Positions 49,175 through 58,925 of a stretch of DNA of 64,000 nt are shown here, piece after piece (the first letter of the stretch is position 1; every line of letters begins with the position of its first letter). The position numbers were made by a program, and so were the translations under genes. This DNA comes from Planctomycetota bacterium (GTDB lineage: Bacteria > Planctomycetota > MHYJ01 > WSZJ01): the NCBI GenBank assembly GCA_038060895.1, contig JBBTCT010000007.1:164023-228022 (forward strand), in the 5' to 3' direction. The notes below the pieces were generated by a model that had not been told where the DNA came from, ran no database searches, and was given only the letters and a program-made list of their open reading frames with translations.

Positions 49175-50047
49175 ATCGACTCCCATTCCCTCGCGCTCTT
49201 CAAGGCCGTCGTCGATCACCACGGCTTCGCCCGCGCCGCCGAGGCGACATGGCTGACCCAGTCCGCGGTCTCGCAGTCGATCCGCCGCCTGGAGACCGAG
49301 CTCGGTGCACCGCTTCTCACGCGCTCCCGCCCGCCCGCCACCACGCCCGCCGGAGCCCGGCTGTACCGCCACGCCGCCGACGTGCTAGGCCGCGACGCGG
49401 TCGTGCGCCGGGAGATCGATGAAATCCGCAAGGGCGGCTCCGGCGTCCTCACGCTGGGCGCTTCGCAGGCGCTCTCGCGCGAAGTGCTCCCCCGCCTGGT
49501 CCGCGCCTTTGCCCGGCGCCGCCCGCTGGCCGCGCTCCATTTCGAAACCCACCCGTCGCGCGAACTCATCCGCCTCGTCGCCGACGGGCGCTTCGAGCTC
49601 GGCCTCGGTCCGTTCCAGAAATCCATGCCGGGATTCGCCCGGGTTCCGCTGGGCCGCCAGCGCGTCATCCTCTACGTCGGCCGCGGCTCCCCCGCCCATC
49701 GCGACCTGCGCCGCGAAGGCGAGCCCTCCCTTCACCGCATCCCCCTCGTCACTTCACACCTCGACGCCCCCGGCACGCGCCCCGGCGGCGGGCGCCTGCG
49801 CGATCACTTTCGAACGGTCTGGGAGGTCCACTCCCTCGACCTGCGCCTCGAGATCGTCCGCGCCGGACTCGCCGTCGGCTACCTCCCTGAATCGAGCGTC
49901 CGCGCCGCGGGCCACAAGCGCGACTTCGTCGCCGTCAACTGGCTCGACTTCGGCGTCATCGAGCGGGAATTCGGGTTCTTCAGGATGGAGAAGCGCCCGC
50001 TGACGGAGCTGGCCGCGGAGTGGCTCGCTATCACGAAGCGCCCGTGA
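49175..50047 (+). CDS. LysR-family transcriptional regulator (no canonical start codon before the HTH)
   Basis: In-frame HTH IDSHSLALFKAVVDHHGFARAAEATWLTQSAVSQSIRRLETELG upstream of the tracked ORF; in-frame TAG at 49166. Confidence 0.85.
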   Translation: MDSHSLALFKAVVDHHGFARAAEATWLTQSAVSQSIRRLETELGAPLLTRSRPPATTPAGARLYRHAADVLGRDAVVRREIDEIRKGGSGVLTLGASQALSREVLPRLVRAFARRRPLAALHFETHPSRELIRLVADGRFELGLGPFQKSMPGFARVPLGRQRVILYVGRGSPAHRDLRREGEPSLHRIPLVTSHLDAPGTRPGGGRLRDHFRTVWEVHSLDLRLEIVRAGLAVGYLPESSVRAAGHKRDFVAVNWLDFGVIEREFGFFRMEKRPLTELAAEWLAITKRP

Positions 50048-50110
50048 AGTGTGCAGAAGACCTCGTTTCGGCGACAATCGCAGCTTCGACACAACTCCCT
50101 GGAGAGCGCC

Positions 50111-50548
50111 ATGGCCGAAATTGCGAAGTTGCCGGATCCCGTCGTCGTCGTGAAGGCACCGAAGACCGGGCTGCGCCTGGACATTGAGGCCGGGAAGCAC
50201 CGTCTGGTGGCGGACGAGTTGCCGGCCATCGGAGGCACCGATACCGGACCGTCACCCTACCAGCTGCTCCTGTCGGCGCTCGGCGCGTGCACGGCGATGA
50301 CGCTTCGGGTGTATTCCGAGCGCAAGAAGTGGCCGCTGGAGGAGGTCGAGGTGAGGTTGACGCAGTCGAAGGTGATCCTCGACCCGGCGGACCCGAAGAG
50401 CGGGCAGGCCGACAGGATCGTTCGCGAGATCCGTCTGACCGGGCCGTTGGACGACGAAATGCGGACGCGGCTGATGGAAGTGGCGAACAAGTGCCCGGTG
50501 CACAAGACGCTGTCGGTGGGCGCGAAGATCGAAACGAAGCCGCTCTGA
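50111..50548 (+). CDS. OsmC-family protein
   Basis: ADE...GGTDTGPSPYQLLLSALGACTAMT, KCPVHKTL. Confidence 0.93.
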   Translation: MAEIAKLPDPVVVVKAPKTGLRLDIEAGKHRLVADELPAIGGTDTGPSPYQLLLSALGACTAMTLRVYSERKKWPLEEVEVRLTQSKVILDPADPKSGQADRIVREIRLTGPLDDEMRTRLMEVANKCPVHKTLSVGAKIETKPL

Positions 50549-51645
50549 TGAAGTGGTCCTTCCGGATCGCCCGGATCGCGGGGATTGACGTGCGGATTCA
50601 TGCGACGTTTTTCCTGCTGCTCGTGTGGATCGCATACATGTCCTGGTCCGAGCGGAAGTCGCTGGCCGAGACCGGCGACGTGGCGCTGTTCACAGGCGTC
50701 ACGTTTCTGATCATCGTCCTGCACGAGTTCGGGCATGCGCTCACGGCGCGAGCATTCGGGATCCGGACGCGCGACATCACGCTGCTGCCGATCGGCGGGC
50801 TCGCGCGGCTGGAGCGGATGCCGGACAAGCCGTGGCAGGAGTTCCTGGTGGCGATCGCCGGACCGGCCGTGAACGTGGCGATCTGCGCCGCGGCGTTCGC
50901 GGCGCTGGCCGCCACCGGCCGGACGAGCAGCCTCTTCAATGGCGATCCGTTTCGCTCCGGATGGCTCGTCTGGCTTGTCTGGTCCAACGCCTTCCTGGCC
51001 GGCTTCAATATGCTGCCCGCCTTCCCGATGGACGGCGGCCGCGTCCTCCGCGCCCTCCTGGCGATGCAGTTCGATCACGCCTTCGCGACCGCGATCGCCG
51101 CCCGGCTCGGGCAGGCCGTCGCGCTTTTCTTCGTGATCCTCGGCCTCGCCACGTCCCCGATGTTCGCGCTCATCGGCCTCTTCGTCTGGATCGGCGCAGG
51201 CGAAGAAAACAGACAGGTCCAGTTCCGTGCGGCCCTCGCAGGCATCCCGGTTGCCCAGGCGATGGCCACGGAAATCCGGACCCTCGCTCCTTCCGACCCC
51301 CTCGAGAAGGCCGCCCTTTACCTGACCCGCACCACCCAGACCGAATTCCCCGTGGTCGACGGCGACCGCGTCGTCGGCCTCCTCACGCGCCCCGCGCTTC
51401 TAAAGGTGATCGGAAGCGGCGGCCCCGCGGCGCAGGTTCTTACCGCGATGTCCACCGACTTCGCCGTGCTCTCCCCAACCGACGCGCTCGACCACGCCTT
51501 CGTCACCCTGCAGTCGTCCTCCATTCACGCCGCCGCCGTCGTCCACGAGGGAAAACTCGTCGGGCTCCTCACCCTCGAGGAAATCGGAGAGCTTGCGGCC
51601 CTGCTGGATGCCCTGAAGCGTGGCCACCAGCCGCCGCGGACGTAA
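50548..51645 (+). CDS. Site-2 protease (M50) with CBS pair
   Basis: LHEFGH, AIAGPAVN, FNMLPAFPMDGGR, C-terminal CBS domains; TGATG overlap. Confidence 0.94.
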   Translation: MKWSFRIARIAGIDVRIHATFFLLLVWIAYMSWSERKSLAETGDVALFTGVTFLIIVLHEFGHALTARAFGIRTRDITLLPIGGLARLERMPDKPWQEFLVAIAGPAVNVAICAAAFAALAATGRTSSLFNGDPFRSGWLVWLVWSNAFLAGFNMLPAFPMDGGRVLRALLAMQFDHAFATAIAARLGQAVALFFVILGLATSPMFALIGLFVWIGAGEENRQVQFRAALAGIPVAQAMATEIRTLAPSDPLEKAALYLTRTTQTEFPVVDGDRVVGLLTRPALLKVIGSGGPAAQVLTAMSTDFAVLSPTDALDHAFVTLQSSSIHAAAVVHEGKLVGLLTLEEIGELAALLDALKRGHQPPRT

Positions 51646-51654
51646 GATCCCGGA

Positions 51655-52248
51655 GTGGAACTCTTCCGCCTCATCGACCTCTTCGGCGTCTCCGTCTTCG
51701 CCGTCTCCGGCGCGCTCAAGGCGCGCGAGAAGCAGCTCGATCCGGTCGGGTTCGTGACGCTCGGGGTCGTGACGGCGACGGGGGGCGGCGTGATGCGCGA
51801 CGCAATCCTGGGGCGGGTGCCGCCGTTCGTGTTCCAGGACTCGTGGATCCTCGGCGTCGCGATCGCCGTGTCGCTCGCGGCATTTTTCGTGAAGCTGCCC
51901 GCGAGGGGGCTCGAGTATTTCGACGCGATCGGGCTCGGCTTCTACACGGCGATGGGAGCGCAACTTGCCGCGGACAAGGGCCTTCCCGCGGTACCCGCGA
52001 TTCTCGTCGGCGTCACCGCAGCCTGCGGCGGCGGCGTCATCCGCGAGGTGCTGGTGAACGACCTGCCGTTCATTTTCCGCGGCACCCTGTACGCGACCGC
52101 CAGCATCGCCGGGGCGGCTGCACTTCTCGCCGCGCGCCGTTTCGGCGCCCCCACGCCCCTGGCGCTCAGCCTCGGCTTCGCCGTCACCGCGGGAATCCGC
52201 ACGCTCGCCATCCGCAAGCACCTCTCGCTTCCCACCCCCTCCGAGTAA
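51655..52248 (+). CDS. TRIC/UPF0126 (YadS-like) membrane protein
   Basis: FAVSGA, TATGGGVMRD, DAIGLGFY, GGGVIRE. Confidence 0.92.
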   Translation: MELFRLIDLFGVSVFAVSGALKAREKQLDPVGFVTLGVVTATGGGVMRDAILGRVPPFVFQDSWILGVAIAVSLAAFFVKLPARGLEYFDAIGLGFYTAMGAQLAADKGLPAVPAILVGVTAACGGGVIREVLVNDLPFIFRGTLYATASIAGAAALLAARRFGAPTPLALSLGFAVTAGIRTLAIRKHLSLPTPSE

Positions 52249-52258
52249 CAGGAGCCCC

Positions 52259-53353
52259 ATGAAAACCAAGCCCGCCCGATGGGTCTGCGTCGGAAGCGCC
52301 GACAAGCTGAAGCACAAGCCGCTTCAGCAGATCCTCGCCGGCAAAGTTCCGATCGCCCTCTCGTGCCGCGACGGTCAATTCGGCGCGATATCCGGCGTCT
52401 GCACGCACGCCGGCGGGCCGCTCGGGGACGGACACCTCGACAAGTCGGGATACGTGGTCTGTCCGTGGCACAACTGGGACTTCGAGTGCCAGACCGGAAT
52501 GGCCCGCCCGGGATTCAAGGACACGGTGCCGGGCCACGACGTCAAGATCGAGGGAGGCGACGTGTGGGTGAACATTGAGCCGGCGACGAAGCGAGTGAAG
52601 TCGGCGCACAAGCCGCACGCGCTGACCCGCGCCATCTGCCGCGAGCCGGGGCCGCTTCGCGTCGCGGGGATCTCGACGACCGCGATGAACGCGGATCACC
52701 CTCGTTTTTCGACCTCCGAGAATCTGCTGGTGGCGGCGCTGGACCACGCGAAATCGAAGGGAGCGGAGTCGAAGCTGCTCAGGATGAACGACCTCAAGGT
52801 CCGCGCGTGCGAGGGGTACTACTCGAAGGCCGCCGGCGCCTGCACGTGGCCGTGCACGATTACTCAGCAGGACGACAAGGACGAAATGACGGAGATCTAC
52901 GAGGCGCTCGTCTTCTGGGCCGACGTCGTTCTCGTCTCGACGTCCATCCGCTGGGGCGCTCCTTCGTCCCTCTATTTCAAGATGGTCGAGCGCCTGAACT
53001 GCGTGCAGAACCAGGTCACGCTCAACGACAAGGTGCTCATCCGCAACAAGACGGCCGCCTTCCTCATCACCGGCGGCCAGGACAACGTCCAGGCCGTCGC
53101 CGGCCAGATGATGATGTTCTTCGGCGAGATCGGCTTCACGTTCCCGCAGTTCCCGTTCGTCGCGCACTCGCGCGGATGGACCGCCGAGGACATGGAAAAC
53201 AACGTCGCGTACGTGAAAGAGGATGAAGGGCTTCGGGACGGAGCCCGGGCGCTGACGGACCGGTGCCTGGCGATGGCGAAAGGGCTCATCTCGTGCGGTG
53301 AAGTTGCGGCAAAGATCCCGCGGGGCGGGCGGAAGGCTTGCCGCACGAAATAG
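52259..53353 (+). CDS. Rieske [2Fe-2S] ferredoxin fused to a flavodoxin-fold (FMN reductase / iron-sulfur flavoprotein) domain
   Basis: CTHAGGPL...CPWH; STSE, CEGYYS...CTWPC, SIRWG, KTAAFLITG. Confidence 0.88.
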   Translation: MKTKPARWVCVGSADKLKHKPLQQILAGKVPIALSCRDGQFGAISGVCTHAGGPLGDGHLDKSGYVVCPWHNWDFECQTGMARPGFKDTVPGHDVKIEGGDVWVNIEPATKRVKSAHKPHALTRAICREPGPLRVAGISTTAMNADHPRFSTSENLLVAALDHAKSKGAESKLLRMNDLKVRACEGYYSKAAGACTWPCTITQQDDKDEMTEIYEALVFWADVVLVSTSIRWGAPSSLYFKMVERLNCVQNQVTLNDKVLIRNKTAAFLITGGQDNVQAVAGQMMMFFGEIGFTFPQFPFVAHSRGWTAEDMENNVAYVKEDEGLRDGARALTDRCLAMAKGLISCGEVAAKIPRGGRKACRTK

Positions 53354-53374
53354 CCAAGGCTGGTTCGCGGTGCC

Positions 53375-54025
53375 CTACTTCAGGGCCCGCCACGCCGGGC
53401 CGAGCATCCGCCACCCCGAGCCGTCGTAGAAGAACATGTGGAACTTCATCCCGGAGTCTTCCCCGGGTGCGACGAATTCCACCTCGTAGAACTTGACCCC
53501 GGGCCGCAATACCTGCTCCGCGAGCTTCTTCGCGCCTCCCGGGAACTCCTTGAACGGCACGCTGCCGTTCGCGTACGCGGCGATTTCCTCGGTCGTCGCG
53601 CCGTGGGCCTGGATCTCCGTCCGGTCCGCGCCGCCCCGCTTGAACAACCCGGCGACCTGCGCGTCGTCCGTGGGTATCGACTCACTCTGCTTGACGCACT
53701 CGTCGATAAACCCGGCCGGCGCATCGTCCTTCACGGCCTTCGACAAGGCCGCCTTGCCGGGCAGGATGCCGCGGATCAGCGCCGCCGCCTTCTTGTGATC
53801 CCCGCCCTCCGAGCTCTTCATGATCGTGTCCAGCAGCCCCTTGAGGTTGTCGGCGCTGTCGTTCTGCGCGTACAGCGACGGCGTCGAGCTTTCCCCGCTG
53901 CCGGATGATCCTCCGCCCGACGAGCTGCTGCCCGACGAACCGCCGCTTCCTGAATCCCCGGACTTTCCACACCCCGCCAGGCTCACGAGCGCGCAAAGGA
54001 ACAGCAGGGTCGACGTGCGGATCAT
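53375..54025 (-). CDS. Hypothetical lipoprotein
   Basis: Lipobox SLAGC followed by a Gly/Ser linker; GGAGG RBS. Confidence 0.8.
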   Translation of the reverse strand: MIRTSTLLFLCALVSLAGCGKSGDSGSGGSSGSSSSGGGSSGSGESSTPSLYAQNDSADNLKGLLDTIMKSSEGGDHKKAAALIRGILPGKAALSKAVKDDAPAGFIDECVKQSESIPTDDAQVAGLFKRGGADRTEIQAHGATTEEIAAYANGSVPFKEFPGGAKKLAEQVLRPGVKFYEVEFVAPGEDSGMKFHMFFYDGSGWRMLGPAWRALK

Positions 54026-54071
54026 GCGGGCCTCCCTTGAGTGGTTGTCGTCATCATGGACACGCCGAACC

Positions 54072-55505
54072 TCATTCCGCCAGCGACCCCATCGGATCCC
54101 ACGCGGGCAGCACGATCGGCTCGAGGCCGAGCGCCCTCTGGAGGTTCTTCGGCAGCGCGCTCTTGCGCGCGGCAATCTCGAACATGTGCTCGTCGAACCA
54201 GTTGTCGTTCATCACGAAGTACCCCTTGCGGCCGCATTTCTCCTCGCCCCAGCTGTTCTCCACGCGCCACCGGCGAGGCTTGCCGTTCTCGACGTCGACG
54301 CCCGTGAAGAGCATCGCGTGATTCATCGCCGTCTGGTGATAGAGCAGCCGGTCGGCCTTGCTCATGGTGAACTCGGTGTCGTACAGGGCGTCGTAGCGGA
54401 AGAGCTGTTTGTCCCAGATCCCCAGGTCGCGCTTCAACATCTTGCCGCAGTCGCACCCCATCCAGACCGGCTCGCCCTTCATGATCGTCTTCATCGCGAT
54501 CTCCTTCATCAGGCCGATCTCGATGTTGAGGTACTTCACGATGCCGCCCTCGAGGACGTTTCCGAGGTGCTCGACCGTGAACGTCCGGTTGAACGGGCTC
54601 GCCGGGCGCGGGTCGTGGACGAGGCAGACGTACTCGTCGACGGGCAGCGTGATGTACTTCTTCGCAAACTGCTGCGGCGTGATCGCGCCGTCGCGATGGA
54701 TCTTTTTCTTGCGGTCGTTCCACTGCCAGTTGAAGCGCGCCGGCGGCGTTCCGAGGTGGATGCAGAGGATCCGATGAACGGTTTTCAGAATCTCGCGCTT
54801 CGACTGCCGCAGCGACTGGGTGGATGAGCCGCCCGCGCTGAGATCGCGCAGGGTCCGGGCGCCTTCGCGCAATTTCGTAACGAGCATGCTGTTCATGCGG
54901 CCCGAATTTGAAGAGCTCTCGGTCTCGGGCATCACGGCTTTCGGCACGACGCCGTACTTCTGCACGATGTTGACGAACATGTTCCACTGCCCGCCGTCTC
55001 CGAGCACCGTGTCCATCAGGCACGCGACGTTGCGGTCGTCCACGCCCAGGTGCGCCGTCTCGATGACTTTTTCGAGGAAGTAGTTCGCCCGCTCCAGCTT
55101 GTCCCAGAAAAACGTGTAGTTCTGGCTGAATTCGAACGAGTCGAGCTTCATCTTTTTCATGGCGCCGACGCGGAACAGGTTCAGCCCGGCGAACATCCAG
55201 CAGCGCCCTGAATTCTTCTGGGCGGTGACGGACCACTCGTCGAGCCAGTGCGAGAACGTGAAGTCGGTGCCGGTCACCACGGCGCGGTTCAGCGCGATGT
55301 CGTCGGCGGCTGTCTGGGTCACGGCGTTCAGGGCGACCTGGTAGGCGGGATTGGCGTCGAAGGCCATCTGCAGTTCGGCGGCGGCCTGGGCCGTCAGCTC
55401 GGCGGGAGAAGCGGCGCCTGCGCGGGAAGCCGGAGGGTCGGACTGGCGGCGCAGGGCGTTGCCGTTGGACCTGGTTTTCCTGCCGGACGCGGTCGCTTGC
55501 AGCAT
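54072..55505 (-). CDS. pepC: Aminopeptidase C / bleomycin hydrolase (peptidase C1B)
   Basis: QKNSGRCWMFA, FSQNYTFFWDKLERAN, DGGQW, MNHAM, WRVENSWG. Confidence 0.95.
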   Translation of the reverse strand: MLQATASGRKTRSNGNALRRQSDPPASRAGAASPAELTAQAAAELQMAFDANPAYQVALNAVTQTAADDIALNRAVVTGTDFTFSHWLDEWSVTAQKNSGRCWMFAGLNLFRVGAMKKMKLDSFEFSQNYTFFWDKLERANYFLEKVIETAHLGVDDRNVACLMDTVLGDGGQWNMFVNIVQKYGVVPKAVMPETESSSNSGRMNSMLVTKLREGARTLRDLSAGGSSTQSLRQSKREILKTVHRILCIHLGTPPARFNWQWNDRKKKIHRDGAITPQQFAKKYITLPVDEYVCLVHDPRPASPFNRTFTVEHLGNVLEGGIVKYLNIEIGLMKEIAMKTIMKGEPVWMGCDCGKMLKRDLGIWDKQLFRYDALYDTEFTMSKADRLLYHQTAMNHAMLFTGVDVENGKPRRWRVENSWGEEKCGRKGYFVMNDNWFDEHMFEIAARKSALPKNLQRALGLEPIVLPAWDPMGSLAE

Positions 55506-55666
55506 GGGAGAGTCCCTCGGGTAGGGTCCAGGAAAGTCCCGCGCGGCCGATCCTCGGCCCGCGGGGGTGCGGACGATTCGAGAACGGCCATCTTATCCCT
55601 GCACCACCCCGGGGACAATCACCTCCGCCGTCCCGACGCGACACCGGGACCGGGAGTCGAGTTATC

Positions 55667-56566
55667 ATGCCGGCCATGACCACCCATCGACTCGCACGCT
55701 TGTTCCTCATTCTCATGGCAACGCTCTCTTCAGCCCCTGCCCGCGCCCAGGAGGCGCCCGACCGTGAGCAGCTCGAGCTGCAGGTGAAGCAACTCGCCGA
55801 CGAGGATCCCGCGAAGCGCGATCAGGCGGAATCGGCCCTCGAGAAGGCGGGGGACCTTGCGGAAGCTCCTCTCCGGGCCGCCCTGGCGGGTGAAGCGGGT
55901 CGCGGCGCGGAGGCGACAGCCCGGGCGAAGCGGCTGCTCGCCCGGATCGATGCGCGGAGGCGTTCCCGAAAACTCGCCGCGAGGTGGGGCACTCGCTGGT
56001 TCAAGATTGGCAAGGGCGAGGAAACGATCGGCGTGCTTCGCCTTGAAACCCGGATCGAGAATGAAGAGATCGTCTGCGATGACACTTACGAGTACTTCGG
56101 CAATCCTGGAAACCGCGTCGTCACGCGCCTCGCGGGCGACGGCACGATGGCTTTCAGGTCCTTCGAGGTGACGGAGGGGGACGACAAGGAGGCGAAGGTC
56201 ACGAAGTTCGACGCGAAACTCCACGGGGCGGACGCCATGGCGGGGGGATTCGCGGCCATGCGCTTTGCCGCCATGCTTCCCATGGAAGCCGGGTTCGAGC
56301 ACGCCGCGCCGTTTATCAGCCCCTGGAGCTCTTCCCTGAAAATTTCGTCGACGATCACGTGCGTCGGGGAACGCGACGGCGCCATCCTGTTCCGCAGCAC
56401 GACGCAATCGGCCGAATTCACAGGCACGACAGAATTCAGGATGGACGCGGACGGCGTGATGCTGTCCTACCGGTCCTTGCCGACTCCCGACGGAGAGGAA
56501 TCAGCACGGGGGGAGCCCTGCACGGAAAAAGAAGCCGCCGCCGCGCGGGCTGCGGCCGAGAAGTAG
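55667..56566 (+). CDS. Hypothetical secreted protein with an N-terminal HEAT-like helical module
   Basis: Signal peptide ending APARA|Q; QLADEDPAKRDQAESALEKAG; beta-rich C-terminal half. Confidence 0.75.
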   Translation: MPAMTTHRLARLFLILMATLSSAPARAQEAPDREQLELQVKQLADEDPAKRDQAESALEKAGDLAEAPLRAALAGEAGRGAEATARAKRLLARIDARRRSRKLAARWGTRWFKIGKGEETIGVLRLETRIENEEIVCDDTYEYFGNPGNRVVTRLAGDGTMAFRSFEVTEGDDKEAKVTKFDAKLHGADAMAGGFAAMRFAAMLPMEAGFEHAAPFISPWSSSLKISSTITCVGERDGAILFRSTTQSAEFTGTTEFRMDADGVMLSYRSLPTPDGEESARGEPCTEKEAAAARAAAEK

Positions 56567-56672
56567 GGACCTGGGCCGCGGCCCTTCACCAGGCGCCGGA
56601 TGAAGCGGCTGTCGTCCACCCCCTCGCCGCGATCTCCTCTCTAGCACCAGAGAACGGCTCACAGCCCGCGCT

Positions 56673-56930
56673 TCAATCCCCCTCGCTATCCTCGAACGGC
56701 CGCACTCGCGCCTTCAGGCACGCTTCGCGCATCGCATTGTCCAGGTAAGAGAGAGAAGCCCTGTCGTGCAGGGCTCGAAGAATCCGCGCGCCCCGGATTC
56801 CCTCCCCGCGCCGATCGCCGATTTCGCGATGGATGGAGAGGGCCCGCTCCCAGGTCCGTTCCGCCTCCTCGTGGCGCCCCGTCTGCAGGTACACATTTGC
56901 CAGGTTGCTCAGGACGGATGCTTCGATTCC
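56673..56930 (-). pseudogene. TPR-protein fragment
   Basis: GIEASVLSNLANVYLQTGRHEEAERTWERALSIHREIGDRRGEG then an abrupt jump to a C-terminal-like tail; no convincing start. Confidence 0.55.
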
Positions 56931-56943
56931 GACGGACTGACGA

Positions 56944-57594
56944 TCAGGGCCGCGCGAAGCAGACGATCTCGTGCTTCTCGCGGTAGCTGGTCCAGAAGTC
57001 CTTGCCGTCGAACGCGAGACCGCGCGCCGGGAAGGGGATGCGCGCCAGGTCCGTCGTCGCTCCCGTCACGGGGTCGATGCGCGTGAGCAGGTATTCGTTC
57101 GACTCCTCGACGTCCGTGGAGACGACGTGGATCACGCCGTCCACAATCACCTGCCCGCAGATCTGGTGGGGCACGTCGTACGAGCGGAGGATCGTCCCGT
57201 CGGCCGCGAGCGCGAGGACCCGCTGCCGGTGCCACTGGTTGAGGTGGAGGTTCTTCCCGTCCCACCCGAGCTGCGAGCCTGAAGAAGCGGGGCACGTGAT
57301 GGCGAACGCCGGGTCGAACCCGGTCGCCGGGACGAATCTCCGGATGCTCCGGTCGTCGTCCTCGCCCTGGCCGCAGACGAGCCGCAGCTCCGGGCCGATG
57401 CACGTCAGCCCCCACGGCTTCCCCGGCGTCGGCCAGTCGCGCCGCACGGACCACGTCGCGCGATCGATCTCGTAGAGGCGCTCCGTCCCGAGCGAGCCCA
57501 TCCAGAGCGTCGGGCCGTCGAAGACGATGCACTGGGGTCGCGGGGCGGGGGAAGCGAGGCGGCGGAGTTCGGTGATCTGGTTCATGATCGCCAT
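56944..57594 (-). CDS. Hypothetical beta-propeller protein (glutaminyl-cyclotransferase/YncE-like repeats)
   Basis: Repeated blades: QCIVFDGPTLW, PWGLTCIG, SQLGWDGKNLH, RGLAFDGKDFW. Confidence 0.75.
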   Translation of the reverse strand: MAIMNQITELRRLASPAPRPQCIVFDGPTLWMGSLGTERLYEIDRATWSVRRDWPTPGKPWGLTCIGPELRLVCGQGEDDDRSIRRFVPATGFDPAFAITCPASSGSQLGWDGKNLHLNQWHRQRVLALAADGTILRSYDVPHQICGQVIVDGVIHVVSTDVEESNEYLLTRIDPVTGATTDLARIPFPARGLAFDGKDFWTSYREKHEIVCFARP

Positions 57595-57629
57595 GGTACT
57601 CGGACGGTTAACCAGCCTCGGACGAGTGA

Positions 57630-57830
57630 CTATTCCGCGACAAGCGCGTATAGATGCGGATTGCTATTGAAGTGGCGTTCGAACTGAGAAACTAGCGTGG
57701 CGTCGTCAGGCACGAGGTAACCGTACTCATCAAGGGCGGCGTCTCCCGATCCGGGAGACTTTCCGCTGGCGAAACAGGCCCGATTCCACACGGCACTCGC
57801 CTCAGTTAGCTCCAGGACGACCTCCTCGCT
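57630..57830 (-). pseudogene. Short remnant of an unknown protein-coding gene
   Basis: Open frame EEVVLELTEASAVWNRACFASGKSPGSGDAALDEYGYLVPDDATLVSQFERHFNSNPHLYALVAE*; lower GC; below the ORF-track cutoff. Confidence 0.35.
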
Positions 57831-57845
57831 GCTGCAGCGTCCCCC

Positions 57846-58919
57846 CTACAGCTTCCTCAACTCCTCGCTCATCACCCCGAGGCATTCCTTCAACTCCGGC
57901 ACCGTGCAGTCCGCCATGTGCGCGACGCGGAAAGCGTCCTGTTTCAACTTGCCGTAGCCTTCGCTGATGATGAAGCCGCGGTCGGCGACCTTCTTGACCC
58001 ACTTCACGATGTCGACTTTCTTCGTGTTGGCGGCGCAGGTCAGCGTCACGGACTCGAAGCCCTTGGGGGCGAACTTCTCGAAGCCGTGCTCGGCGATCCA
58101 GTTCCAGCAAGTGTCGCGGAGGTCCATGTGCCTCTTGAAGCGCGCGTCGAGGCCTTCCTTGAAGAACTTGTCGAGCTGGTGCTTGAGGCCGTAGATGAGA
58201 GAGACGTTGGGCGTGCAGGGGGTCATGTTCTTCTCGGCGAACGACTTCATCTCGACGAAATCGAAGTAGTAGCCGCGGTCGGGGAGCTGCTTGGCGCGGT
58301 CCATGGCTTTCTGCGAACAGGTGCAGATCGTGAGACCGGGCGGAAGGCCGAACGCCTTCTGCGTCCCGGCGAGGATGACGTCAATGCCGAGGCGGTCGAC
58401 GTCGATCTTCACGCCGGCCATCGAGCTCACCGCGTCGACGACAAAGACGACGTCGGGGTACTTCTTCATCATGTCGGCGATTTCCTCGATCGGGTTCATC
58501 GTCCCGGTCGAAGTTTCGTTGTGCACGAGCAGCACGCAGTCGTACTCCCCCGTCTTCAGATGCTTCTCGATCGTCTCCGCGCGAACCGCCTGGCCCCACT
58601 CGACCTGCGCCTTGGCCGTCTTCTTCCCGTTCTGGACTGCGATCTGGTACCAGCGGTCGCTGAACGCCCCCAGCATCCCGACCACGGCGCCCTTCTTCGC
58701 GCAGTTCCGGGCGGCCGCTTCCATCGCGCCGGTGGAACTGCACGTGAAGAGGAACACGTCGTTCTTCGTGGCGAGCATCTGTTTGAGCGGTGGGATGCAC
58801 GAGCCGTGGAGCTCGGCGTATTCGGCGACGCGGTGCCCGATCATCGGCGTCGCACAGGCATGAAGGGTGTCCGGCGCGACTTCGACGGGGCCGGGGATGA
58901 AGAGCTTCTTGTGTGCCAT
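57846..58919 (-). CDS. Class V PLP aminotransferase (serine-pyruvate / phosphoserine aminotransferase-like)
   Basis: LFIPGP, SSTGAMEA, HNETSTG, VDAVSS, GTQKAFGLPPG. Confidence 0.93.
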   Translation of the reverse strand: MAHKKLFIPGPVEVAPDTLHACATPMIGHRVAEYAELHGSCIPPLKQMLATKNDVFLFTCSSTGAMEAAARNCAKKGAVVGMLGAFSDRWYQIAVQNGKKTAKAQVEWGQAVRAETIEKHLKTGEYDCVLLVHNETSTGTMNPIEEIADMMKKYPDVVFVVDAVSSMAGVKIDVDRLGIDVILAGTQKAFGLPPGLTICTCSQKAMDRAKQLPDRGYYFDFVEMKSFAEKNMTPCTPNVSLIYGLKHQLDKFFKEGLDARFKRHMDLRDTCWNWIAEHGFEKFAPKGFESVTLTCAANTKKVDIVKWVKKVADRGFIISEGYGKLKQDAFRVAHMADCTVPELKECLGVMSEELRKL

Positions 58920-58925
58920 GGTGGC

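Noticed and set aside
57600-57845. Possible ncRNA in the intergenic gap
   Set aside because: No tRNA, tmRNA, SRP or RNase P hallmarks seen; better explained as a coding remnant.
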